A stretch of DNA of 25,748 bases from a virus (taxonomy: Duplodnaviria; Caudoviricetes): positions 1 through 25,748 of IMG/VR virus record IMGVR_UViG_3300020533_000259, one strand, 5' to 3'. Shown piece by piece: positions 7,686-16,819 of the stretch. The translations under genes were made by a program, and so were the position numbers. The notes under the pieces were generated by a model. That model ran no database searches and was not told where the DNA came from. It saw only the letters and a program-made list of their open reading frames with translations. Numbering within the stretch: the first letter of the stretch is position 1; each line of letters starts with the position of its first letter.

Positions 7686-8581
7686 TGGAATTTTATTATT
7701 TTGGTGGAAATTTTTTTCCAGGAATTTTAGATGAAATAAAAAATTCAAATTTTGATGGTGTAATGTTTACATATGATGCGACACAGGGAGATATATTTAC
7801 AAGAATAGTACAACAATTAAGCACTGATGAAAAAATTAAATATTTAGTTGCGATTAGGCCCTATACTATTTCTCCTCAATATCTTTGTATGATTAATCAA
7901 AGTATGAATTTAATTATGGGGAATAGGATACAAATAAATCTTATTTCTGGATATGTAAAAGATCATGAAAAAAATTTTGGTGGAATTATAGGAGAAATTT
8001 ATGATCTTTCAAATAAAGTAGATAGATCTAAATATCTTATTAAATATGTAGATGTTTTAAATACAATGCCAGGAAATCAAAATAATTCACACCCATTAGA
8101 CTTTTATGTATCAACAACAAATAAATATATTGAAGAAACAGTAAATAAATATAACAATAAAATAATTTTACCCTATAAAGATTATAAAAATGGATATTGG
8201 ACAATAGATCCTACAATTTGTAATTGTTGTGGTATGAAAATTAGTAACCGAAATAAAATATTAAAAGAAAATTTAAAATTAGATTATAGTAAAGTTATGT
8301 TAGCAATAACTCCAATTCTTAGAAAAAATAGAAAACAGTTAGAAGAGTTGCCAGATTATTATGGAGAGCGTCCAGTTTGGCGTGAAGGAGAAAAAACAAA
8401 GGTAGCAGTTTCAGATGTTGAATTTTTTACATATGAGGAATTTAATATTTTTATAAAAAATCTTGAAGAAAAAGGTATAAAACAATTACTTATAAATTCT
8501 TGGCCTGCTAGAGAATATACAGTAATTATGGATTATGTAAAAAATTATTCACAATTAAAACAAGTAAAAACAAATACATGA
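7685..8581 (+). CDS. Luciferase-like (SsuD-like) flavin monooxygenase, divergent
   Basis: FDGVM...KYLVAIRPYTISP...NRIQINLISG resembles SsuD KFLVALRP...GR...NLVTG. Confidence 0.7.
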   Translation: MEFYYFGGNFFPGILDEIKNSNFDGVMFTYDATQGDIFTRIVQQLSTDEKIKYLVAIRPYTISPQYLCMINQSMNLIMGNRIQINLISGYVKDHEKNFGGIIGEIYDLSNKVDRSKYLIKYVDVLNTMPGNQNNSHPLDFYVSTTNKYIEETVNKYNNKIILPYKDYKNGYWTIDPTICNCCGMKISNRNKILKENLKLDYSKVMLAITPILRKNRKQLEELPDYYGERPVWREGEKTKVAVSDVEFFTYEEFNIFIKNLEEKGIKQLLINSWPAREYTVIMDYVKNYSQLKQVKTNT

Positions 8582-8736
8582 AAGAGATTTTACTTTCAAC
8601 AATAACAGGTTTTGGATGCGGTGTCGTGTTTGCTGCATTCAAATTGCCAGTACCAGCACCACCAGTTTTTGCGGGAGTCGCAGGAATTATTGGTTTATGG
8701 ATTGGCTTCACAACACTAACACGAATTATATCCTAG
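8578..8736 (+). CDS. XapX-domain (DUF1427-like) small membrane protein
   Basis: Translated by hand: MKEILLSTITGFGCGVVFAAFKLPVPAPPVFAGVAGIIGLWIG; the LPVPAPP motif is characteristic; ATGA coupling. Confidence 0.8.
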   Translation: MKEILLSTITGFGCGVVFAAFKLPVPAPPVFAGVAGIIGLWIGFTTLTRIIS

Positions 8737-8744
8737 GAGGAATA

Positions 8745-9035
8745 ATGAATAACTTACTAAATGATAAGACAAAAGCAATGCTAGCATCATATGGACGATC
8801 TGTTCTTGGTGCAACAATTGCACTTTACATGGCTGGCGTAACAGATCCAAAAGATCTATGGGCTGCATTAGTTGCTGCCATTGCACCAGTTGCATTAAGA
8901 GCACTCAATCCTGCAGATAAGGCGTTTGGCATTTTGCCTGATACTGCCGAAGTGGCAAAGGCTCTTAAATCTGCAAAAGCACCAGCAAAGAAAACTGCAA
9001 AAAAGGGTGGCGGAGGTCGCTTCGCTGTAAAGTAG
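8745..9035 (+). CDS. Holin-like membrane protein with Lys/Ala-rich tail
   Basis: AGGAGG RBS before ATG 8745; two hydrophobic segments, LRALNP.D.AFG, basic C-terminus. Confidence 0.55.
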   Translation: MNNLLNDKTKAMLASYGRSVLGATIALYMAGVTDPKDLWAALVAAIAPVALRALNPADKAFGILPDTAEVAKALKSAKAPAKKTAKKGGGGRFAVK

Positions 9036-9052
9036 TTTATCTTTTATCAGAT

Positions 9053-9079
9053 AGCCAGTCTAGAAATAGGCTGGCTTTT
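9053..9079 (+). terminator. Intrinsic terminator between convergent operons
   Basis: AGCCAGTCTA-GAAA-TAGGCTGGCT followed by T residues. Confidence 0.8.
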
Positions 9080-9083
9080 CTGT

Positions 9084-10121
9084 TTATTCATTTATAACTT
9101 TTAACCATTTATCTTTTAATACTTCAACTGAAAAATTATTAAATCCAATTTCTATAGCCTTCTGTTTGCTATCATATATATTTATATTATTAAAATAATT
9201 ATCAATAGATTTTGCTAATTCTTCTTGGTTAGCCTCATATACATCTACCATTGATTTAGTCTTAAACTCACCAATTTTATTTGAACTTACTAACCAGTTG
9301 TGTGGAAGTATTTGATTATTAGGTAATATGTCTGTCATAAAAACGGGTAGACCAGAAATTAAAGCCTCATTCATAGGTAAACAAAGACCAGCATAACGCC
9401 TAGGAAGAACCATAGCATCATAGTCATTATACAGATCTTCTCTATTTCTAATATTATCTTTGTTTATTTTTAAACGGCTATCTTTAGTTATAAAGTCTAG
9501 AGGGGTTTGTGTTGCTATTACAAGTTCATAATCTGCACTAGAATGTTTAAGCATTTCTACTACGGTGTTAGTTCCATTTCTATCTTTGGCTGCTTTTTTA
9601 CCAGCAACATGAAGTATTCGTTTATGGGTTTTTGATAGGTTATTTTCTCTTGCAGCATTAAACAATGATGTATCTGTTGGTGGTGGTATATGATATACCT
9701 TGCATTTTGATCCAAACTTTTCTTTAACAACATCTATATTCCAACTGCTTGGTGATAATAATACATCTGGTAACGGCCACTCTGGATGAACTAAATTTCC
9801 AAATAGTTCATAGTTATATTGCAATATTGTTTTTATATTTCTTTTTCTTGCTATATCCACAAAGTCTAAATGGTAAAATGTTTCACAACTTATAACAACA
9901 TCTATATTTTCTAAAAATGCTAAAATTTCTTTTGTCCTAGGCATACCCTTAATTGTTTTTATTACATCATATTGTTTATACCAGTCTGGATGTTGCCTGT
10001 TATTATTAAAAGATGTAGAGTCAACTAAAAGAATCTTGTCTGGATTTAACATTTTTACAAGTTCCTTGGTTTGATTACCAAGTCCAGTATTATCAGATCT
10101 TGCAATAACTCCTAATCTCAT
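9084..10121 (-). CDS. Glycosyltransferase, GT-B fold (GT4-like)
   Basis: TGLG N-terminal loop; YDAMVLPRRYAGLCLPMNEALISGLPV. Confidence 0.85.
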   Translation of the reverse strand: MRLGVIARSDNTGLGNQTKELVKMLNPDKILLVDSTSFNNNRQHPDWYKQYDVIKTIKGMPRTKEILAFLENIDVVISCETFYHLDFVDIARKRNIKTILQYNYELFGNLVHPEWPLPDVLLSPSSWNIDVVKEKFGSKCKVYHIPPPTDTSLFNAARENNLSKTHKRILHVAGKKAAKDRNGTNTVVEMLKHSSADYELVIATQTPLDFITKDSRLKINKDNIRNREDLYNDYDAMVLPRRYAGLCLPMNEALISGLPVFMTDILPNNQILPHNWLVSSNKIGEFKTKSMVDVYEANQEELAKSIDNYFNNINIYDSKQKAIEIGFNNFSVEVLKDKWLKVINE

Positions 10122-10879
10122 TCTTTATATCCCCAAACATCATCATCCTTTGTAAATTTTTTAGTACCATCACGACCATCTAAATGATAAGATCTTTTAA
10201 TGTTTCCTTCTGGATGATAAATCCAAAGTTTGTGTTGGTCCCAACCCTCTTGATCAAAACTATCATATGGTAAAACATCATCTTGAATTTTACCATGAAA
10301 CCTATCTTCAATAAAAGTTTGTTCATTAGAAAATGGTAAAACAATATCTCTATAATATTTAACTGTACTCAAATGTGGTCTTTGACTCCATTGTGCAGTT
10401 TTCATAAAACCATTTTCTATTCCAAACATTAAATGTTGGTGTGGCTCTGGAATCTCTGCTTCAAAATGAAAACGTATTGTATTAGCCTTGTTGTATTCTA
10501 ACATATCTAAACACTTTTGCCAATCAATCTCGTAATCTACAGTTAATGGTGCATCTCCTTCAACATAAAGTAAAACAGAGGTGTCTATAAGGTTAATTGT
10601 TTCTTTCATCATTGTAGTTTGATGACTATGTTTATCAAAAATTATTGGTAAAACATTTTTCCATTTATGCATAGACTTCCACAAAACCCTGTTTTTATAT
10701 TCATCATAGTCTGATTTACGATTTATTCTTTCTTCACGCAAGCCATCTATCTGTAAAATAATTTCATTATTTGGAAAGTGGTAGCGTATAGATTTGATTG
10801 TTTCATCAATTATTGATGTGCTTGGATGACTTGGAAGAATCGAAGTTGGAATTATAATTGTTACATCTCTACTATGCAT
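10118..10879 (-). CDS. Putative glycosyltransferase, GT-A fold (GT2-like)
   Basis: VTIIIPT start, ILQIDG, LLYVEGD (DxD-like), late H motif. Confidence 0.6.
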   Translation of the reverse strand: MHSRDVTIIIPTSILPSHPSTSIIDETIKSIRYHFPNNEIILQIDGLREERINRKSDYDEYKNRVLWKSMHKWKNVLPIIFDKHSHQTTMMKETINLIDTSVLLYVEGDAPLTVDYEIDWQKCLDMLEYNKANTIRFHFEAEIPEPHQHLMFGIENGFMKTAQWSQRPHLSTVKYYRDIVLPFSNEQTFIEDRFHGKIQDDVLPYDSFDQEGWDQHKLWIYHPEGNIKRSYHLDGRDGTKKFTKDDDVWGYKE

Positions 10880-11720
10880 TGACTTGCCTCATAATCTTAA
10901 TTCCTAAATCTCTTTTATATTTAATCCACCAACAAACAACCTTATGCATATTATTAGGATAGTTGTCTAATATTTGTGGGATTAAGTTTTTTAATAAAAA
11001 CCAATTGTCTACCGTTTTTATTGGAGTTATATCATCATAAATAAAATCATAGTATTTTATAGAATTACCTTTTGGATCAAGGGAATCCGCTACTGGAAAG
11101 CATAACATTTCTATTGCTTCATAAAATCTAAAAGAATCTATTACAACCGCACCAGATGGTGCTGGAGCAATCTTTGTACTGGCTAGGTTACTATAGTAGT
11201 CTTTTGGATGATCACCTTGTGCAAACCCTTCTGTTGGCTTAAACAGGGCATTGGGTATTGTTTGCATAGCCTTAGCCAATTCCTTTCTTCTTGAATGCGT
11301 AATTTGTCCACCAAAATATACATTATATTTTTTAGGTCCGTACTCTGGTAAAAATTTTTTAAAATGTTGTGGAACTCCAAGTGGCAATTTGTTATAATTT
11401 TGATGTTGTTTGTGTGGAGTCTGAAGCCATATCTCTATGTTAGGATGATTAATTTTATCTAATTTAAATCTAACTTCTTCATCCCCTGTAAAAAATAAAA
11501 CTACTCTTTTTATTTTTTGTAATTCTTTATTAATGTGTTCTTCATAACCAAGATTTTGAGGTCCAGGAATTACGACAAATGCTCTATCAGTATTAGGTAA
11601 TGAGTTTACTTTTATTTGTTCAATTTCGTATTTATCAAATATTTCTTTTAATAAGCCGTAGTCCCATTTATCCGCAGCACAATCTTCTTCATTAAAAGAA
11701 TACAAGTATGCCTTTATCAT
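10872..11720 (-). CDS. Exostosin/GT47-like glycosyltransferase
   Basis: YFGGQ...RR, Y...L...K.APAPSG....SFRFYEAIE...FPV. Confidence 0.7.
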   Translation of the reverse strand: MIKAYLYSFNEEDCAADKWDYGLLKEIFDKYEIEQIKVNSLPNTDRAFVVIPGPQNLGYEEHINKELQKIKRVVLFFTGDEEVRFKLDKINHPNIEIWLQTPHKQHQNYNKLPLGVPQHFKKFLPEYGPKKYNVYFGGQITHSRRKELAKAMQTIPNALFKPTEGFAQGDHPKDYYSNLASTKIAPAPSGAVVIDSFRFYEAIEMLCFPVADSLDPKGNSIKYYDFIYDDITPIKTVDNWFLLKNLIPQILDNYPNNMHKVVCWWIKYKRDLGIKIMRQVNA

Positions 11721-11723
11721 TTA

Positions 11724-12476
11724 TTACTTTTTCTCAAAATACCAATGTGCTTCATGATTTTTTGCTAAAAACTCTCCAACATAACCAAAAGATTGTAAAT
11801 ATGAAATAGTATCTTCTGGAGTTGTGTCATAGTCACGAATACCTAAATCATCATGAATTGATACAAATATTTTTAAATTATTATCTCGTAATGTTTTTTC
11901 TGCACCTTTGAATACAAGAAGTTCTGCACCCTCTACATCAATATTTAAGACATTTGGAATAATGCCAACTTCAGAAACATAGTCATCTACTTTAATCATT
12001 GGTATGCTTTCTGTGTTGTCATGAATATATACATATTTATTTCTATCAATAATCGGTCCAAGATGTTTTTCTCCCCAAGCATTTAAATTACTACCTTTGC
12101 GAGTGTCTGTTGTTTCATCACTCATTAGTCCAGCATAACAACCTAAAGGATCTACTGAATAATTTTTATACCATAGGGCATGAATGTTTGCCCAAAACTC
12201 AGGAGTTGGCTCAATTAGTACCATGTTTTCTGGTCCAACAATGTCAGCATAAACTAAGTTGCACCATCCAGCCTCTGTTCCAATATCAAAAAATACATCA
12301 CCCTTTTTAAGGTGTTGCTGCATGCTATAAATTCTTTCACTTTCCCAATAATCCCAAACATCCCAATTAGCCAATGGCTCATTTAGTTTTAGTCTGTAAT
12401 CATAGTTTCTTGTTTGTCCTTGACGCAAATATGGTACTGTCTTCCATTTAATATCTGATCTTTCTATAAAATTCAT
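11724..12476 (-). CDS. FkbM-family SAM-dependent methyltransferase
   Basis: FFDIG, LIEP, NIDVEGAELLVFKG; likely start ATG 12476 (GGAG RBS, ATGA coupling). Confidence 0.85.
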   Translation of the reverse strand: MNFIERSDIKWKTVPYLRQGQTRNYDYRLKLNEPLANWDVWDYWESERIYSMQQHLKKGDVFFDIGTEAGWCNLVYADIVGPENMVLIEPTPEFWANIHALWYKNYSVDPLGCYAGLMSDETTDTRKGSNLNAWGEKHLGPIIDRNKYVYIHDNTESIPMIKVDDYVSEVGIIPNVLNIDVEGAELLVFKGAEKTLRDNNLKIFVSIHDDLGIRDYDTTPEDTISYLQSFGYVGEFLAKNHEAHWYFEKK

Positions 12477-13429
12477 AGACCTAACTCCTTTATGATAGTT
12501 GCCCAACGATGGACATATGTGTGTTCTTTTTTAGTTCGTTCATGACCAGCAAACCTTATCTCTTCTCTAGTTAATCCATCTAAGATGTAGTAATCTATTT
12601 TTTGTTTAAGGTCTTCAAGATTACCATGTTCATAAAATATAATTTCTTTACCATCTTCAAAATATTCATCAAGACCTTTAATGCGGGGATAAATAGTAAA
12701 ACCACCACGACCAGTGCTTTCAAACAATCTATCACTTGTGTAGTATGGATAGTTAAAATTTATGTTAAGACTATCACCTATTGCTACCTTGCTTTTTGCA
12801 TAAATACGATTAAGAGCATCTCCACGAACTGTGCCAGTGTCTCCATCGCCACCAACATGTAAAAATCTTTTACCGTATGTTTTTCGTAAAAAATCTATTA
12901 ATTGTGGACGATATTTATGTTCAGGATGATATCCTCTGCTACCAACAAAAATTATGTCATGTTCAAAGTTATGTGGATCGTAATCTTGATGTACATAACA
13001 CTCTTTATCATATACGCCAGCAGGCAAGAAATGTCCTTTAACCTGTGTGTTTTCATTAAACCAATCACACATTAACTTATCTGTAGCAAAAAAATGACCT
13101 ATGCTTGTATAAAAATCATCATTCTTTAAATCTTTTTCACGCTCAATGCCAAACCACAAATCCAAGTGATAAGTCATAGTTGGTATGCCAGCAGCCTTTA
13201 ATTGTTTTAATACATCTGTCATAGATCTAGATCCTGGAGTTTGCCATCTATGTGTGTGTACCCAAATGAATAGATTAGATTTTAGTGCTGCATTTAATAT
13301 CTCAGAACTACCCGCTTTTTTTTCTTGCAATTTTTGCACGGTATGTCCAAGAGACTCTAAAGAATTAGCATGATGATTCTCACTACTATAAGGCACTTCA
13401 AAGTTACCAAGAAATACTATATTAGCCAA
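12473..13429 (-). CDS. CgeB-like glycosyltransferase (GT-B)
   Basis: DIIFVGS, YTSDRLFE..G.GGF, EHTYVHRW; probable TTG start after AGGTGG. Confidence 0.8.
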   Translation of the reverse strand: MANIVFLGNFEVPYSSENHHANSLESLGHTVQKLQEKKAGSSEILNAALKSNLFIWVHTHRWQTPGSRSMTDVLKQLKAAGIPTMTYHLDLWFGIEREKDLKNDDFYTSIGHFFATDKLMCDWFNENTQVKGHFLPAGVYDKECYVHQDYDPHNFEHDIIFVGSRGYHPEHKYRPQLIDFLRKTYGKRFLHVGGDGDTGTVRGDALNRIYAKSKVAIGDSLNINFNYPYYTSDRLFESTGRGGFTIYPRIKGLDEYFEDGKEIIFYEHGNLEDLKQKIDYYILDGLTREEIRFAGHERTKKEHTYVHRWATIIKELGL

Positions 13430-13455
13430 GGAGTCCACCTATTCTGTCTTTATAT

Positions 13456-13479
13456 TAGTATACCAGATTCTGATATACT
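13456..13479. promoter_or_regulatory. Divergent pair of extended -10 promoters
   Basis: TGgTATACT on the - strand and TGaTATACT on the + strand between the divergent genes. Confidence 0.65.
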
Positions 13480-13500
13480 TATAATAAAGCGGGGTATTTA

Positions 13501-14190
13501 ATGGATTTTGTTTACATTTGTCGTGACGGAGATAATGAAGAGTTAAGGTACTCTATTAGATCTGTCATAAATAGTTTTCCAGATGCAAAGGTTTGGCTGG
13601 TAGGTGGAAAGCCAAAATGGTATTCTGGATACCATATACCAGTAGAACAAAATCATAATAAATATACTAATGCTTTAAATAATTTACAGGCTCTGTGTAA
13701 CTCTGACGAAATACCAAACGACTTTATATTAATGAATGATGATTTTTTTATAATTAAAAAAATAGATAAGATTGAGCATTTTCATGGAGGTTTATTGTTA
13801 GATAAGATAGATAGATATGTTAAGATAACTGGATCATCACTATACATTAAAAAATTAATATTAACAAACTCTAGACTAATTCAAAACGGAATAGAACTAC
13901 CATATGACTATGAGTTGCATACCCCAATGCCCATGGAAAAAGATAAACTTCGTTTAATACTTAAAAAATATCCAAGTTGTTTATGGAGATCTATTTATGG
14001 AAATATATATAGTGTTGGTGGTACAAAAACAAATGACGTAAAGGTTTATACAAATCGAAGACATTTGGCTAGATCTAATGAAATCACAGAAAAATCTATA
14101 TACCTATCAACGGAAGATCAAGCCTTTAAAGGTATACTTGATAAAGTTTTAAGTAATATGTTTCAAAATAAAACTATCTATGAAAATTAA
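13501..14190 (+). CDS. Stealth-like (sugar-phosphotransferase-like) protein
   Basis: MDFVY, ELRYSIRSV and FILMNDDFF resemble Stealth CR1/CR2 motifs; a later H.P.P motif resembles CR3. Confidence 0.6.
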   Translation: MDFVYICRDGDNEELRYSIRSVINSFPDAKVWLVGGKPKWYSGYHIPVEQNHNKYTNALNNLQALCNSDEIPNDFILMNDDFFIIKKIDKIEHFHGGLLLDKIDRYVKITGSSLYIKKLILTNSRLIQNGIELPYDYELHTPMPMEKDKLRLILKKYPSCLWRSIYGNIYSVGGTKTNDVKVYTNRRHLARSNEITEKSIYLSTEDQAFKGILDKVLSNMFQNKTIYEN

Positions 14191-14193
14191 TAC

Positions 14194-14976
14194 TTATTCC
14201 CAATCGGCTATTTGATTATATGTAACAGAATATTCTCCAGAGTATATTTCTGCATATGAGATCATATCTTTGTTATATCGTGTCACAGTATTCCTATCTA
14301 CTAAACCTGTTTTATATTTTTTACCATGCATAATTGGCAAATGTTTTATTTTTTCTGACTCTAATGAATTATTTAATGCTTGTATATACCTAGTTTTGCC
14401 AAATTGTTTTGAAAGAAATGATTGTTTTGGATATGTTTTTTCTATCCATAGTCTTTCGTTGTGATCAGAAGGCTTTGGATTTAACACTCTTTCTACTTCA
14501 TTGTGATATATTCTTGTAGACCAACTCTTCATATTTCTTTCATAATTTATTAAATTCTTGTATGTGGAATCTGCGTAAGCCATAAAATTTTTATCAAGAT
14601 CAGATGTAGATACACCAGTCGCAAATGTTATTAAAAAACAAGTAGCATAAGGAAATTTATCTGTATATTTTGTTACTTCAAAATGTAAATTTGGATTAAA
14701 AGAATTAATAGAAATGTTGTCAGAAAGCAATCGCATATGATTGCCAATAGAAACAAACTCTGGCGTATTCATATCACAATCTACAAAAAGACAGTCTTCT
14801 GGATTAATTCCATTAGCAATAGTTAAAATGTTTTTATCGTATGCCCCAACAACAACTGATCCATTGTATCGATTGATTAACTTAGCGGTCATAAATCCAT
14901 CGATGTCAGGAGAAATAATTAATTTTTTAGAATACTCTAATGTATCTAATATGCTGGTTTTTAAATTAAATTCCAT
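14194..14976 (-). CDS. DHH-like phosphoesterase (divergent)
   Basis: SPDIDG, FVDCD, GNH, NPN and YADS motifs in DHH order. Confidence 0.5.
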   Translation of the reverse strand: MEFNLKTSILDTLEYSKKLIISPDIDGFMTAKLINRYNGSVVVGAYDKNILTIANGINPEDCLFVDCDMNTPEFVSIGNHMRLLSDNISINSFNPNLHFEVTKYTDKFPYATCFLITFATGVSTSDLDKNFMAYADSTYKNLINYERNMKSWSTRIYHNEVERVLNPKPSDHNERLWIEKTYPKQSFLSKQFGKTRYIQALNNSLESEKIKHLPIMHGKKYKTGLVDRNTVTRYNKDMISYAEIYSGEYSVTYNQIADWE

Positions 14977-15235
14977 TATCCTCCATATATTTTAAGCGTT
15001 CCATCAATGCATGGTGCTCTGGATCATTAAGCATTTCTTCAATAGATTCTTTTACATTTGGTCTTAACTTACTTAATGGTTCAACATACCTTGGATCTTT
15101 TGTGACGGTATAAAGAAGTGATCGTAATGCTTCACACCCTTCATGCTTCCACCAAGTATAACAAACATCTTCATCTATGTTAGGACAAAGGTAATACTGA
15201 TCTTTTATGGTTTGGATTATTTCTTCTGCATTCAT
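14966..15235 (-). CDS. Hypothetical protein
   Basis: 89-aa ORF overlapping the next gene. Confidence 0.65.
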   Translation of the reverse strand: MNAEEIIQTIKDQYYLCPNIDEDVCYTWWKHEGCEALRSLLYTVTKDPRYVEPLSKLRPNVKESIEEMLNDPEHHALMERLKYMEDNGI

Positions 15236-15237
15236 AA

Positions 15238-15324
15238 TTAATCCTTAGTGCTAAAAAATATTGCTGCAATAAAAATTATAACAACAGAAATTAAAATATT
15301 CTTAATAAAATCACTAAATTTCAT
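15238..15324 (-). CDS. Single-TM microprotein (28 aa, MKFSDFIKNILISVVIIFIAAIFFSTKD)
   Basis: GGGGA RBS; fills the gap between genes. Confidence 0.5.
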   Translation of the reverse strand: MKFSDFIKNILISVVIIFIAAIFFSTKD

Positions 15325-15526
15325 TTTGTCCCCTTGCTATGGCTGCAGATATTTGAAATGCTTTAGAAGTGCGACGAGACTTGTTAAGACCCTTAGCCTT
15401 CCATAGGTCATTGGTACCTTCAATGTCCTGAGCAATTTGTTCACGAATTTCTTTAACAGTTTCTACAATAAAATGCCAAATTTGTTCTTTATGTTCATCT
15501 GATAATTCTTCAGTCCAATTACTCAT
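15314..15526 (-). CDS. Hypothetical protein (EIREQIAQDIE...AAIARG)
   Basis: GAGG RBS before ATG 15526. Confidence 0.7.
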   Translation of the reverse strand: MSNWTEELSDEHKEQIWHFIVETVKEIREQIAQDIEGTNDLWKAKGLNKSRRTSKAFQISAAIARGQNEI

Positions 15527-15653
15527 CTTCTTCCTCAAATTCTTTTAATGCATTTGAATTATTATTTTTTATATATTTTAAATATGTGCTATAACAAAAT
15601 GTACATTCTCCACTATTTAATTTAGTTCCACATTCTTCACAATGTATTGTCAT
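15519..15653 (-). CDS. CxxC...CxxC zinc-finger microprotein with acidic tail (44 aa)
   Basis: MTIHCEECGTKLNSGECTFC...EFEEEDE. Confidence 0.65.
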   Translation of the reverse strand: MTIHCEECGTKLNSGECTFCYSTYLKYIKNNNSNALKEFEEEDE

Positions 15654-15657
15654 AATT

Positions 15658-15744
15658 TTACTTTACATCCATTATTTTTATTAATATATAATATAAGCCA
15701 GAAGCAATAGCAAAGCCAAGCAAAATAGTCTGTATTGTGTTCAT
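15658..15744 (-). CDS. Single-TM microprotein (28 aa, MNTIQTILLGFAIASGLYYILIKIMDVK)
   Basis: Leaderless: TGaTATACT-N6-ATG. Confidence 0.55.
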   Translation of the reverse strand: MNTIQTILLGFAIASGLYYILIKIMDVK

Positions 15745-15766
15745 TTTATTAGTATATCAGATCATT

Positions 15767-15973
15767 TCAAATATAGTAAGTAGCCCATTTGTTTTGTGCT
15801 TTGCCAAAAGGATTACATACTTTAGCAAACATTTTTGCTCTTATAATATGATTTTTATTCTCAGCCTTAATCTCCCTAATAAGAAAAAAAGTAAATATTG
15901 ATCCACAAACATTTCCTATAAATCTTAATATTAGGTTATTAGTTTTTTCTTTTTTAATAAAATTCTTATTCAT
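15767..15973 (-). CDS. Hypothetical protein
   Basis: ATGA coupling to upstream microprotein; GAGGGAG RBS. Confidence 0.6.
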   Translation of the reverse strand: MNKNFIKKEKTNNLILRFIGNVCGSIFTFFLIREIKAENKNHIIRAKMFAKVCNPFGKAQNKWATYYI

Positions 15974-16071
15974 TTATGCTCCCTCATGTGGTTTATTAAA
16001 GTTTGTGATGACATGCTAGACCTAGACTCTATCTCCTTTTTACATATTGGACAGACTATTATATGAGCCAT
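15970..16071 (-). CDS. C2H2-type zinc-finger microprotein (33 aa)
   Basis: MAHIIVCPICKKEIESRSSMSSQTLINHMREHK; leaderless after TTGACT-N17-TATACT. Confidence 0.7.
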   Translation of the reverse strand: MAHIIVCPICKKEIESRSSMSSQTLINHMREHK

Positions 16072-16102
16072 ATATTTAGTATAGCAAAAATCTTGATAAA
16101 AG

Positions 16103-16807
16103 TCAAGACAGTGTTTGATTTTTTAATTTTTTAACTTCTTTAAATATTTCTAATGCTAAATCAAAATCTTCATCCCCATTAGTGTGAGTCATTATATTGT
16201 TATAACCTTTTTCTTTTATTTCTGCCACCCTTTCTTTAAAGTTAGAAACTGACACAGCAGGAAAAAATATTACCTTATTTTTATCAAGATCATTAAGTTT
16301 TCCTTCAACTAATCTACCATAAGAAACTATATTACAATCTCCAAATTTTTCTATGTTTGGGCATATATCGTCTGATAACCCAGAAGTGTAAATATAAGGT
16401 TTTTCTACTTTTAAATTGCTAAATTCTTCAATATAAGAGCAAAAATATTTTTTTCTATCAACAAAACTACTAGCATCGTTAACTTCTGATAATATACCGC
16501 CAAACGACTCTTCTTCTTTGTTTAAAATAAGTCCAGGAACAAAATTAATTCTAACTCTATCTTTTTGAATTAAATCTAATGATTTTGCAATAGATAATAA
16601 ATATTGAGGAGACATAGTGTAAGGTCGAACGGCAACAAGGTATTTTAATTTTTGATTTGTTTTTAGTGATCTTGCTACTCTCGTAAAAGGATCTGGCACC
16701 CCTACAGCATATGGAAGTAACCAACCATAAAATCTAGAATCTTCTAATAAATCTGAAACATAGTTTAAATTTTTATCTAAATGACGACCAAACCAATAAA
16801 AATTCAT
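16103..16807 (-). CDS. Luciferase-like (SsuD-like) monooxygenase, second paralog
   Basis: M.FYWFG, F.G.LLP, KYLVAVRPYTMSPQYL, RVRINFVPG, SFGGI; aligns by eye with 7685-8581. Confidence 0.7.
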   Translation of the reverse strand: MNFYWFGRHLDKNLNYVSDLLEDSRFYGWLLPYAVGVPDPFTRVARSLKTNQKLKYLVAVRPYTMSPQYLLSIAKSLDLIQKDRVRINFVPGLILNKEEESFGGILSEVNDASSFVDRKKYFCSYIEEFSNLKVEKPYIYTSGLSDDICPNIEKFGDCNIVSYGRLVEGKLNDLDKNKVIFFPAVSVSNFKERVAEIKEKGYNNIMTHTNGDEDFDLALEIFKEVKKLKNQTLS

Positions 16808-16819
16808 TTTATATATTCT

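Noticed and set aside
8616-8744. N-terminal extension of the 139-aa ORF
   Set aside because: Overlaps the XapX-like gene; a strong AGGAGG supports ATG 8745.
5874-8904. ORFs 5874-6083, 6050-6247, 6510-6776, 8526-8711 and 8716-8904
   Set aside because: Nested in or antisense to recognisable genes.
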